From: an uncultured Sphingomonadaceae bacterium
GTDB lineage: Bacteria; Pseudomonadota; Alphaproteobacteria; Sphingomonadales; Sphingomonadaceae
DNA: 64,000 nucleotides
Direction of reading: 5' to 3'
Assembly (NCBI GenBank): GCA_947258815.1
Contig: CAMYJW010000011.1
Location: 96,831 to 160,830, forward strand
The notes under the pieces are model-generated. The model saw nothing but the letters and a program-made list of their open reading frames with translations. It had not been told where the DNA came from and made no database searches. The position numbers were made by a program, and so were the translations under genes. Positions 35,336 through 43,763 of this stretch are shown here, in pieces. The first letter of the stretch is position 1. Each line of letters opens with the position of its first letter.

Positions 35336-36580
35336 GTGCACCAGATCAACATAGATCGGATCGAAAGCGACATAACCGCGCTGTCCCGGTTCGGCTTCAA
35401 CGAAGAAGATCGCGGCGTCTACAGACAGGGTTTCAGCACAACCGACATGGCCGCCAGAGCATGGTTGCGCGATCGTTTCGATGAACTTGGCATGGCGCAT
35501 CGGATGGATGGCGCGGGCAACGTGATCGGTCGGTTCGGCCCGGCGGACAAGCCCTGCATCATGATCGCGTCTCATCTCGACAGTGTGCCCGCGGGGGGTA
35601 TTTTCGATGGCGTGCTGGGCGTTATTGCCGGGCTGGAATGCGTGCGCACGATGAAGGAAAACGGCATCGAACCGGCCTTCCCGATCGAAATTGTCGGCAC
35701 CAGTGAGGAAGAGGGGCGCTTTGGCGGCATGTTGGGGGCGCAGGCAATGACCGGCCGCCTCACGCGCGAATGGCTGGACAGCGCTACGGACGAGCATGGC
35801 TATGCACTGAAAGACGCGATGGCCGCTGCGGGCCTTGATCCCTATGATGCCCTGCACGCCTATCGGCGGCCAGAAGAGATCAAGGCTTTTCTGGAACTCC
35901 ATGTCGAACAGGGCCCGGTGCTCGACATGGAAAAGGTCACGATTGGCATCGTCGAAGGAATCTCGGGCGTTTTCAAATGGAACTGCCGCCTCATCGGCAA
36001 GGCGGACCACGCCGGAACCGCTCCGATGCATATGCGCAGCGACGCACTGATGGGGATGGTCGATTTCGCGCACGAGATTCAGCGGATTATCGATGAGGAA
36101 GGGACAGACAAAAGCCGGATCACCATCGGCCATGTCGCCTGCAAACCGGGCTTTCCGCACACCGTTCCGGGCGAAGTGGATTTCACCATAGTCGGCCGCG
36201 ATCTCGATGAAACGGTGATGACGGCGCTGGCCGGAGCGTGCGAGCGTGTGCTGGCCAGCATCGCGCGCAGACACAAGCTGAAGTTTGAATACGAACAGAT
36301 GAGCTGGCTGAAACCGGCACACTGCGACGCCGATCTGATGCGGCTGATCGAAGCGAAAGCGAAGAATCTGCAGTATAGCTACAAGGTCATGCCATCGGGC
36401 GCGGGCCACGATGTGCAGTTCTTCTGCGATCACACCAAGGCGGCGATGTTCTTCGTGCCCAGCGTCGGCGGGGTATCCCACGCGCCGGACGAATGGACCC
36501 ACTGGTCAGACATCGAACGCGGCACGCAGTTGCTGCTCGAATGCGTGCTGGAACTGGCCTGCGAAAAGGTGGAAGCCTGA
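35336..36580 (+). CDS. M20 family Zn-dependent amidohydrolase (allantoate amidohydrolase / N-carbamoyl-L-amino-acid hydrolase / beta-ureidopropionase type)
   Basis: [18 protein letters not shown] and [11 protein letters not shown] metal-site motifs of the AmaB/AllC/HyuC group. GTG start at 35336 with GGAG 5 nt upstream. 414 aa. Confidence 0.8.
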   Translation: MHQINIDRIESDITALSRFGFNEEDRGVYRQGFSTTDMAARAWLRDRFDELGMAHRMDGAGNVIGRFGPADKPCIMIASHLDSVPAGGIFDGVLGVIAGLECVRTMKENGIEPAFPIEIVGTSEEEGRFGGMLGAQAMTGRLTREWLDSATDEHGYALKDAMAAAGLDPYDALHAYRRPEEIKAFLELHVEQGPVLDMEKVTIGIVEGISGVFKWNCRLIGKADHAGTAPMHMRSDALMGMVDFAHEIQRIIDEEGTDKSRITIGHVACKPGFPHTVPGEVDFTIVGRDLDETVMTALAGACERVLASIARRHKLKFEYEQMSWLKPAHCDADLMRLIEAKAKNLQYSYKVMPSGAGHDVQFFCDHTKAAMFFVPSVGGVSHAPDEWTHWSDIERGTQLLLECVLELACEKVEA

Positions 36581-36661
36581 ACGGAAAACGCGCTAAGCCC
36601 GCGCGGCGTATGAGCGTTGCTTTTCCGTTCGCGCCAACCTGAACGGAAAACGCGCTAAGCC
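36576..36661. repeat. Perfect 24-bp direct repeat CCTGAACGGAAAACGCGCTAAGCC (36576-36599 and 36638-36661) flanking a complementary TTTTCCGTTC arm
   Basis: Read directly. Copy 1 contains the TGA stop of the plus-strand amidohydrolase. Copy 2 contains the TAG stop (cta, 36655-36657) and last codons of the minus-strand AsnB-like gene. GAACGGAAAA in either copy can pair with TTTTCCGTTC (36621-36630). Confidence 0.85.
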
Positions 36662-38598
36662 AGCAAATCACCCATCGCGTGCAGCGCGATGGCATGATTG
36701 AGGATGATGTCCTTGCGCGTGTTCTGGGTGTGATCGTCGCTCTGGCGGTAATCTTCTATCGAGGCGCGCAGTTTTGCCTCGTCGAAAATGCCGAGCTCTG
36801 CGATTTTGGGCGATGAAAGCCACTTGTCGATCAGCTTGTTGATCTCTGCGGTCTTGGCCTCGTCCGTGTGCGCGGGCGGAGCCATGAACGCAAACTTTTC
36901 GCGCTTGTAGAGCACTTCGGGCAGAACATGCTTCATCGCCTCGCGCACCACCCATTTTTCTACCCCGTCGCGAATGCGGACGTGCGGCGGAATGCGCATC
37001 GCCAGTTCGGCAACATGATGATCAAGAAACGCGGGGCGGCTTTCAAGGCTGTTGGCCATATCCACCCGGTCTCCGCCCCAGTTGAGGATCTGGCCTTCCA
37101 GCATCGTCTTGATCCACGAATACTGCACCTTGTCGAGCGGGTGTCGGCCATCGAGCATCGCCGGATCAAGGCTTTCGGCAATTGCGGCGATCGGATCGTA
37201 ATCGCCCAGCTTTGTCTTGAATGCCTCGCTCAGAAGCGGCTTCACACGCTCAAGCACCAGCATCCACGGCTGAATCCAGCTGGGCGTGAACCCCATCACT
37301 TTTTCGAAGGCCGGGTGGCTGATCTGCTTTTCCGCAAGAACCGAGCCGGAGAAAAGCGCATTGCGCTGTTTCATTTCATCGCCGGCGGCGGTTTCGGAAT
37401 AGGCCGGATCGTGGAGGAAATAGTCCGCCTTGAACTGGGCATAGCCGCCAAACAGCTCGTCCGATCCTTCTCCGGTGATGACCACTTTATAGCCAACTTC
37501 GCGGACGTGCTTGCTCATCAGCATTTTGGCGACACCCAGCGTGTTGTAAAAAGTGCGCTCGGAATAGTACACCGCGTCTTCGAAATTCTGGCCGTAAAGA
37601 TCGAGAGCCTTCACATTCAGGATATCCTGATCGGCCCCGGCCTTTTGCGCCATTTCAGTGGCGATGTGCGCTTCATCGTAGCGCGTGTCATCAAAACTGA
37701 TGGTGAACGCCTTGACCGGCGACTGCTGAATCGCTGCTGCCATGCCGATAATCGAACAGCTGTCGATCCCGCCAGAGAGATAACAGGCCACCGGCACATC
37801 GGCCTCCAGCCGGAACGTGATGCTTTCCACCAGCGCGGCGCGGACATTTTCGATATGCTCTTCATCGGGCAGATCGTCATGTTCGCCGTCCAGCGGGAAC
37901 GCCGCATCCCAATAACAGCGATCCTCAACCTCAAAACCATCGCCCTTGCGCGAAACGATCAGCATGTGGCCGGGCCGCAACGCCTCTATCCCTTCGAACA
38001 GCGTCATCCCCGGAACCATCACCTGCATCATCTGATGCAACTGCGCTTTGGGGCACATCGTGCGCGGCACGGCAGGATGGGCCAGCATCGCCTTCATTTC
38101 CGAAGCCCAGAAAAAGCCTTCCTCGCCATGATGGAAAAACAGCGGCCTGATGCCAAAGCGATCGCGCACCAGGATCAGCTGCTCTTTTTCCTCGTCATAG
38201 ATTGTGAACGCAAATTCGCCGCGCAGATGATCCACGAAATCCAGCCCGTGCTTGCGATAAAGCTTAAGCGCGATTTCACTGTCAGACTTGGTGTTGAACT
38301 CAAATCCATCCGTGCGCAGCAGGCCGCGCAGGCGCTTGTAATCGTAAAATTCGCCATTGGCGGTCAGCACCAGCCCGCCGGTTCCATCGCTTTCGTTCCC
38401 GTGGATCGGCTGGTCGCCCGCATCGAGGCCGATGATAGACAGCCGCGTGTGGGCCATCGCCAGACCATGCTGCCTGGCAATATGAAATCCGCGCCCGTCC
38501 GGCCCGCGATGATAGAGCGTATCGGCCATCTTTTCGGCCAGCGCCATGTCTGCATGTTCGGGGGCGTTTGGGCTCCACAGCCCGGCAATGCCGCACAT
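36655..38598 (-). CDS. Asparagine synthase (glutamine-hydrolysing) family amidotransferase (AsnB-like)
   Basis: N-terminal nucleophile MCGIAG (Cys2, Ntn glutaminase). PP-loop YLSGGIDS. 647 aa. AAGGA RBS lies upstream. Confidence 0.85.
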   Translation of the reverse strand: MCGIAGLWSPNAPEHADMALAEKMADTLYHRGPDGRGFHIARQHGLAMAHTRLSIIGLDAGDQPIHGNESDGTGGLVLTANGEFYDYKRLRGLLRTDGFEFNTKSDSEIALKLYRKHGLDFVDHLRGEFAFTIYDEEKEQLILVRDRFGIRPLFFHHGEEGFFWASEMKAMLAHPAVPRTMCPKAQLHQMMQVMVPGMTLFEGIEALRPGHMLIVSRKGDGFEVEDRCYWDAAFPLDGEHDDLPDEEHIENVRAALVESITFRLEADVPVACYLSGGIDSCSIIGMAAAIQQSPVKAFTISFDDTRYDEAHIATEMAQKAGADQDILNVKALDLYGQNFEDAVYYSERTFYNTLGVAKMLMSKHVREVGYKVVITGEGSDELFGGYAQFKADYFLHDPAYSETAAGDEMKQRNALFSGSVLAEKQISHPAFEKVMGFTPSWIQPWMLVLERVKPLLSEAFKTKLGDYDPIAAIAESLDPAMLDGRHPLDKVQYSWIKTMLEGQILNWGGDRVDMANSLESRPAFLDHHVAELAMRIPPHVRIRDGVEKWVVREAMKHVLPEVLYKREKFAFMAPPAHTDEAKTAEINKLIDKWLSSPKIAELGIFDEAKLRASIEDYRQSDDHTQNTRKDIILNHAIALHAMGDLLA

Positions 38599-38637
38599 AT
38601 TCAGTAAGTCCTTGTTCGCAAAATCAGGGGGCGGGGT

Positions 38638-39732
38638 TCAGCCAAGAAACGTGCTGGGCACGACATCGCGCACCCGGCCAAAGATCGAAAGCAGCAAAGC
38701 CTGCCTGATCCAGACCGCTCCATCCGCCTGGTTGAAATAGAGATTGTGCTGCGAAGCATCGAGATCGAGCCCCAGTTCCGCGCCGCGCGCCAGCGGGTGC
38801 AAAATCACCGTGTCCGGCTTCAGTTTACTATCACCGTCCAAAGCAAACTCGGTTCCCAGATGGCGATAACCATCGCCCAGAAAGGCGATCGCGTTCAGAT
38901 AAATCACATCCAGATACTCAAGGCTGCCCTGCAGATCCTGCGAAAAATTGATGCCGACGGGGCTGGCATTGGTCAGCTCGCGAATTTCATCGCCCAGCGG
39001 ATCGGCCATTTCGGAAAAAATGGTGATGTGGTTGATGTTTTCATGGAATAACAGCGCCAGCGTGAGAAAGCTCTTCACCGTGCGCATGTTGCCCGGCGTG
39101 CCGATAATACCGATGTTCAGGCGGAATTCCTCGGGCAACTTGCCAAAGGCGATTTCGGGCCGCCACTTCAGCAGCGCATACCAGTCAGCCAGTGCCTGCG
39201 TTGGATGTTCGTCCGATCCATTGCCGCCGTTGATCAGTGGAATCTTGAGATATTCGGTCAGGTCTTCGATCGCGCGCTGTTCGGTGTGGCGAACAACCAC
39301 AACATCGGCATAGGAATTGAACATCTGTCCGATATCGCGCAGCGATTCTCCTTTGGCGACGCCGGTTGTCTTGGCGTCGGCGACGCTGATGGTCTTGCCG
39401 CCGACCCGCAACATCGCGCTTTCAAACGACAGGCGCGTGCGCGTGCTTGGCTCAAAAAAGGCTGCGGCGAGGATTTTGTCTTCCAGCGCGTGTCCGGCGG
39501 GAAACTGTCGCAACTGAAGATAGGCGGCAAGCTTGGCCAGCTCGACAAGCAGCTCGTTATCAAATTGCGTGGCCGAAAGGACCGAACTGTCTTGCAGCCG
39601 ATCAAGCACAGGCGCGCGCAGCATGGGCGAATGCTCAAGCAAGGCCGCGGGATTTGGCCGATTGCCGAGGATGCCTTCGCGACGGTCGGGATCGGCATCG
39701 TGGCTGACCTGCGCGGCGGAAAGGTCGCTCAC
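38638..39732 (-). CDS. Aspartate/ornithine carbamoyltransferase family protein, ATCase-like
   Basis: Carbamoyl-phosphate site FFEPSTRTRLSFE. EHPTQALAD. ATCase-like HPLAR near the C-terminus. The start is uncertain. GTG 39732 has GGGGA upstream and a high-GC3 frame. ATG 39624 would give a canonical ~328 aa ATCase length. The listed start is 39798. Confidence 0.7.
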   Translation of the reverse strand: MSDLSAAQVSHDADPDRREGILGNRPNPAALLEHSPMLRAPVLDRLQDSSVLSATQFDNELLVELAKLAAYLQLRQFPAGHALEDKILAAAFFEPSTRTRLSFESAMLRVGGKTISVADAKTTGVAKGESLRDIGQMFNSYADVVVVRHTEQRAIEDLTEYLKIPLINGGNGSDEHPTQALADWYALLKWRPEIAFGKLPEEFRLNIGIIGTPGNMRTVKSFLTLALLFHENINHITIFSEMADPLGDEIRELTNASPVGINFSQDLQGSLEYLDVIYLNAIAFLGDGYRHLGTEFALDGDSKLKPDTVILHPLARGAELGLDLDASQHNLYFNQADGAVWIRQALLLSIFGRVRDVVPSTFLG

Positions 39733-39847
39733 CACACATCCCCGCGCGCAGCATCGCGCAGCAAACACCCGGCAAGGCCAAGCGCGGAAACGGCGCACCA
39801 GATCAGCGCGCCATAGATAATCAGGTTCAGAAAGCCGCTGGAAAACG

Positions 39848-41272
39848 TCATGCTGTTTCTTTCAGCTTGGCCCAGTCAAACCGGGGCTTTGCAATCAAGG
39901 CGCAGCCCAGCACCCAGATCATGGAAACGGCGGTGGCGATCAGTGTCGCCACGTACCAGCCGATCGCGAAATAGCAGACGAGGCCAACGCCTGCACCCAA
40001 CAGCATCCCCCCGACCGCGCCGACGCTTGTTGCACTGCGCCAGTATAGACCGGTGACGATCGGCCATATCATTGCCCCGACAAGCGGACCGGCGAAAAAC
40101 AAAACCGTCGCCAGACTACCGATACGGGGCAGGCAAACCGCCCAGGTGAACACACCCAGTGCCACTGTCACATATTGCGCAATCTTTTTCAAATTTTGCT
40201 GCGGTGCAGCAGGGTTGATCATCCGCCGGTAGATATCTTCGGTGACCAGATCGGACGTCGCCGCGAGCAGACTGTCAATGCTGGATGCCAGCGAGCAGAA
40301 TACGATCACGAAGATCGCAACCGCGCCCGCCATCCCCAGCACGTCTGCAATAACCAGCGGCCCGACCATGTCCGGCGCCGGAACCGGAACGTTCAGCGCG
40401 CCCGATGCCAGCGCAATGAAGCCCGCGGCGATCGGGATGGGGAGCCAGACCAGTCCGCCCAGAGCAAACGCCTTGCCCGCCACGCCTTCGCGAAAGGCAA
40501 ACGCGCGGCTCCACCAGACGTTGTTGTGAAACACCTCTCCCAGCCCGAACAGCAGGTTGTTGAATATCGCCATGATCGCGGCGGGGAACAGCACGTCAAG
40601 CAGTGCAGGCCGCTCTGCCGCAAGGTTCGCGTGAATCTCCTCAACCGATACATGGCTGAGCACGGCAAAACCCACCACGACGATGCCGACGATGATAATC
40701 AGGCTCTGAATGAAATCCGTACCGATAACCGCCGCCAGTCCGCCGCGCATGGTGTAGATCACACACACCGCCAGGATCACGCTCATCCCCCAGACATAGG
40801 GTATGCCCGACAGCGCATTGAGCACGATGCCGCCTGCCATCGCCATGCTGACCAGCCAGGTGAGCGAATAGAACAGCGTGAAAACCAGAAAGATCGCCCA
40901 GGCCAGCTTGCCATAGCGCAGCCGGAAAAAATCGCCGCTGGTATAACCCTTGGGCATCAACGCGCGAATGCGATTGGCCATCGGCGCAAACAGCAGCAGC
41001 CCGAACGAGGCGGTGGAATAAGCGATCATGCCCCAGATTCCCAGTTGCAGCGCGAATTGCGGCGCCAGCATCGTGGTGTTGGAAGTGATCCAGGTCGCCG
41101 CCGCCGTCGCGGTGCCAAGCGCCAGCCCGATATTGCGCCCGGCAAGAGCATGATCCTCGAAGCTCTTGTTGCGTCGCCCCCAGTAAACGCCCAGCGCAAT
41201 CCACAGCACGCTGAACAACGCCAACAGCAGCCATGCCGTGTTGGCAGGCAAAATCGCGTCGGCGCTACTCAT
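39848..41272 (-). CDS. Sodium:solute symporter (SSS) family transporter
   Basis: 474 aa with about 12-13 TM helices in the SSS-like pattern. Its ATG overlaps the upstream gene by 8 nt. Confidence 0.8.
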   Translation of the reverse strand: MSSADAILPANTAWLLLALFSVLWIALGVYWGRRNKSFEDHALAGRNIGLALGTATAAATWITSNTTMLAPQFALQLGIWGMIAYSTASFGLLLFAPMANRIRALMPKGYTSGDFFRLRYGKLAWAIFLVFTLFYSLTWLVSMAMAGGIVLNALSGIPYVWGMSVILAVCVIYTMRGGLAAVIGTDFIQSLIIIVGIVVVGFAVLSHVSVEEIHANLAAERPALLDVLFPAAIMAIFNNLLFGLGEVFHNNVWWSRAFAFREGVAGKAFALGGLVWLPIPIAAGFIALASGALNVPVPAPDMVGPLVIADVLGMAGAVAIFVIVFCSLASSIDSLLAATSDLVTEDIYRRMINPAAPQQNLKKIAQYVTVALGVFTWAVCLPRIGSLATVLFFAGPLVGAMIWPIVTGLYWRSATSVGAVGGMLLGAGVGLVCYFAIGWYVATLIATAVSMIWVLGCALIAKPRFDWAKLKETA

Positions 41273-41690
41273 CGCGCGCGCCCCGCAGGATCGTCAGCAC
41301 GATCGCCAGCGTAACAAGCATGCCGATCGCCGACAGCCAGATTGCGCGCTGCAAGGACTGGTGCATAACCTCAAGCCGGACCGGGGCCGAAACGGCGCCG
41401 CTTTTGCCTTCAAGGCGAAAATAGTATTCGCCATTGGCCAGGCCTGACAGAAAATAACCGGCCGCCGATCCGCGATAGACAGTGCGCGCGTCGGAGAAAT
41501 CCGAACGGGTTGCGATCAGCATCGAAACCGGCTCGTCGGATTGCCATGCCAGCGACACGTAACCGGCATCGCTGGTCAGGTCATCGGGCCCGCTGAACGC
41601 CGGAGCCGGTGTCGCCGCCAAGGCCGGTGCCGCCAACGCGAACAGCGCAGCCAGACAGACGCACGCGAGCCCCCGCCGACGCGCAGCCAC
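41265..41690 (-). CDS. Secreted/membrane-anchored small protein: signal peptide, beta-sandwich (FN3-like?) domain and a C-terminal TM helix
   Basis: GTG start. The signal peptide is AARRRGLACVCLAALFALAAPALA. The middle part GYVSLAWQSD...YRGSAAGYFLSGLANGEYYFRLE is FN3-like. C-terminal TM helix AIWLSAIGMLVTLAIVLTIL. Translationally coupled to the symporter. The domain call is by eye. Confidence 0.5.
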   Translation of the reverse strand: MAARRRGLACVCLAALFALAAPALAATPAPAFSGPDDLTSDAGYVSLAWQSDEPVSMLIATRSDFSDARTVYRGSAAGYFLSGLANGEYYFRLEGKSGAVSAPVRLEVMHQSLQRAIWLSAIGMLVTLAIVLTILRGARDE

Positions 41691-41737
41691 AGCACTTCGC
41701 CAGTATCGAAAGATGGAAAAAACGGAACATCCGGCGA

Positions 41738-41768
41738 TCCGGCGCGCGCCGGACCTGCGATTATCGCA
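41738..41768. promoter_or_regulatory. Two palindromes in the operon leader: TCCGGCGCGCGCCGGA (41738-41753) and TGCGAT-T-ATCGCA (41756-41768)
   Basis: Read directly, 48-78 nt upstream of the GTG at 41690 on the minus strand. A run of six T (minus strand, 41717-41722) follows the GC palindrome. Confidence 0.3.
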
Positions 41769-41905
41769 ACTGAAGAGGATTGTTCGTTGTCCGTCCTGCC
41801 GGCCGTCGTGCCGGTGCGCCTGCTGATTAGGTTAGCATGCAACCCCTAACAAACCCGCCCGCTCTTGTGAACCGCCCGGACCGGATCAACCGCGCCAGGC
41901 GTTGC

Positions 41906-42223
41906 CTAGTGCGTTCCGCCATTTTTCTTCAGGCTCTCCTCCATCCGGGCGAGCTGTTCGGGCGTGGCCTCGGTCTGATACGCAGATTTCCACTGATCGA
42001 ACGGCATCCCGTGAATAAGTGCGCGCGCGGCGGCCTTATCGCCTTCGTATCCGGCATCGCGAATCCAGTCCGCCAGACAATTGCGGCAAAACCCGGAAAG
42101 CCCCATCAGATCAATGTTCTGAGCGTCATGCCGATGCCGCAGGTGGCGGACAAGACGGCGAAAGGCAGCCGCGGCGGTGGCATCGTCAAGCGTGTCGAGC
42201 GGATCGTTTTCGGTCATAGTCAT
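41906..42223 (-). CDS. DUF1244 domain-containing protein
   Basis: 105 aa. The FRRLVRHLRHRHDAQNIDLMGLSGFCRNCLADW core is the conserved DUF1244 pattern. Confidence 0.8.
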   Translation of the reverse strand: MTMTENDPLDTLDDATAAAAFRRLVRHLRHRHDAQNIDLMGLSGFCRNCLADWIRDAGYEGDKAAARALIHGMPFDQWKSAYQTEATPEQLARMEESLKKNGGTH

Positions 42224-42293
42224 TCAATCTTCCTTGGTCTTTTGCATACTGCTTTGCCATAGGTTGTGACGAATCGAAAAGGGGTATCATCCG

Positions 42294-43763
42294 TTGAGCA
42301 GAACCAACCCGCGCGAACGTATTACCAGAGCGCGAAAGGTGAAGATTCTGGCAACGCTTGGACCTGCCAGCGCCAACCGCGAAACCATAACCAGACTGAT
42401 GCGCGCCGGAGCAGACGCATTTCGCGTCAATATGAGCCATGGCGAACATGAAACCCACGCCGAAACGATCGCGCACATCCGTGCGGTTGAGAAGAAAAAT
42501 GGTCGTCCGCTGGGCATTCTTGCCGATCTGCAAGGCCCGAAGCTGCGCGTGGGCGAATTTGCAGGCGGCAAGGCCTTCATCCGCCATGGCGCGCATTTCA
42601 CGCTCGATCGCAATCCCGAACCGGGCGACGATACCCGCGTGTGCCTGCCTCATCCCGAGCTGTTTGAAGTTCTCGATAAAGGCGAGCGCCTGCTGATCGA
42701 CGATGGCCGTCTGCGGCTCAAGGTTACGCGGGCTGGCAAGGACGAGATCCTGTGCACGGCGGAAGTCGGTGGTCCGATCTCTGATCGCAAGGGCGTCAAC
42801 GTCCCCGATTCGGTCATCCCGGTGCCGGCGATGACCGACAAGGACCGCCGCGACCTGGCATTCGCGATCGAGCAGAAAGTTGACTGGATAGGATTATCGT
42901 TCGTCCAGCGACCCGAAGATGTGGCCGAAGCACGCCGCCTGATGGGTGGCTATGGCGCGCTGATGGCGAAGATCGAAAAGCCATCTGCAGTGGATCAGCT
43001 GGACGAGATATTAGAGCTTTCCGACGGGATCATGGTGGCGCGCGGCGATCTGGGGGTTGAGCTTGCGCCCGAGGATGTTCCGCCGCTGCAAAAGCGCATC
43101 GTCGAAACCGCGCGCGCCACGGGCAAGCCGGTCGTGGTCGCCACGCAAATGCTCGAATCGATGATTTCCAGCCCAACCCCGACGCGCGCCGAAGTGTCCG
43201 ATGTCGCCAATGCGGTTTACGATGGCGCCGATGCAGTGATGCTGTCCGCCGAAACCGCGGTTGGCGAATGGCCGGTTGAGGCAGTGACGATCATGGACCG
43301 GATCGCCGGACAGGTTGAAGGCGATATTACCTACAGCGAACGCATTCACATCGCCGATACGCCGCCCGATCCGACACTGGCCGATGCGCTGGCGCTGTCA
43401 TGCGCACGCATTGCCGATACCCTGCCGATCGAAGGCATCATCGTGTTCACAGGTTCGGGATCAACGGCGCGGCGCGTGGCGCGGGAGCGGCCTTCGGTTC
43501 CGATGCTGGTGCTGACGCCATCGATCAGCACCGCGCGCAGAGTGGCCCTGTTGTGGGGTGCCCATGCCGTCCAGACAAAGGACATCGGCAGCTTCGAAGG
43601 CATGATCGGCAAAGGCAAGCGCATGGCTCTGCGTCACGGATTTGGAGAGGCGGGATCGCGCCTGATCGCGCTGGCGGGCGTTCCGTTTGGCACGCCGGGC
43701 GCGACCAACCTGCTCCACGTCGTCACCCTGGCGGGTAATGAACTGGATCAGCAGAAAAGCTAA
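42294..43763 (+). CDS. pyk: Pyruvate kinase
   Basis: KILATLGPAS, RVNMSHG, MVARGDLGVE and ATQMLESM motifs. TTG start with an AAAAGGGG RBS. 489 aa. Confidence 0.9.
   Translation: MSRTNPRERITRARKVKILATLGPASANRETITRLMRAGADAFRVNMSHGEHETHAETIAHIRAVEKKNGRPLGILADLQGPKLRVGEFAGGKAFIRHGAHFTLDRNPEPGDDTRVCLPHPELFEVLDKGERLLIDDGRLRLKVTRAGKDEILCTAEVGGPISDRKGVNVPDSVIPVPAMTDKDRRDLAFAIEQKVDWIGLSFVQRPEDVAEARRLMGGYGALMAKIEKPSAVDQLDEILELSDGIMVARGDLGVELAPEDVPPLQKRIVETARATGKPVVVATQMLESMISSPTPTRAEVSDVANAVYDGADAVMLSAETAVGEWPVEAVTIMDRIAGQVEGDITYSERIHIADTPPDPTLADALALSCARIADTLPIEGIIVFTGSGSTARRVARERPSVPMLVLTPSISTARRVALLWGAHAVQTKDIGSFEGMIGKGKRMALRHGFGEAGSRLIALAGVPFGTPGATNLLHVVTLAGNELDQQKS

Noticed and set aside
35111-36502. 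The upstream 464 codons of the listed 788-aa minus-strand ORF (34136-36502).
   Set aside because: Only the last 324 aa (from MNHNSNSS, start at 35110) look like a real protein (TrhO). The rest runs antisense through the well-supported M20 amidohydrolase gene and is Arg/His/Ala-rich with no recognisable domain. This is a typical high-GC antisense open frame.
36868-38607. A 579-aa plus-strand ORF.
   Set aside because: It is entirely antisense to the AsnB-like gene, which has clear Ntn and PP-loop motifs. The translation is low-complexity (R/H/G/A-rich) with no motifs.
41573-41730. An alternative ~50-codon ORF starting at the ATG (minus strand, 41730) in the operon leader.
   Set aside because: It is out of frame with, and largely overlaps, the ORF that has a proper signal peptide, a folded domain, a TM anchor and translational coupling to the symporter. 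Its translation is Gly/Cys/Arg-rich.
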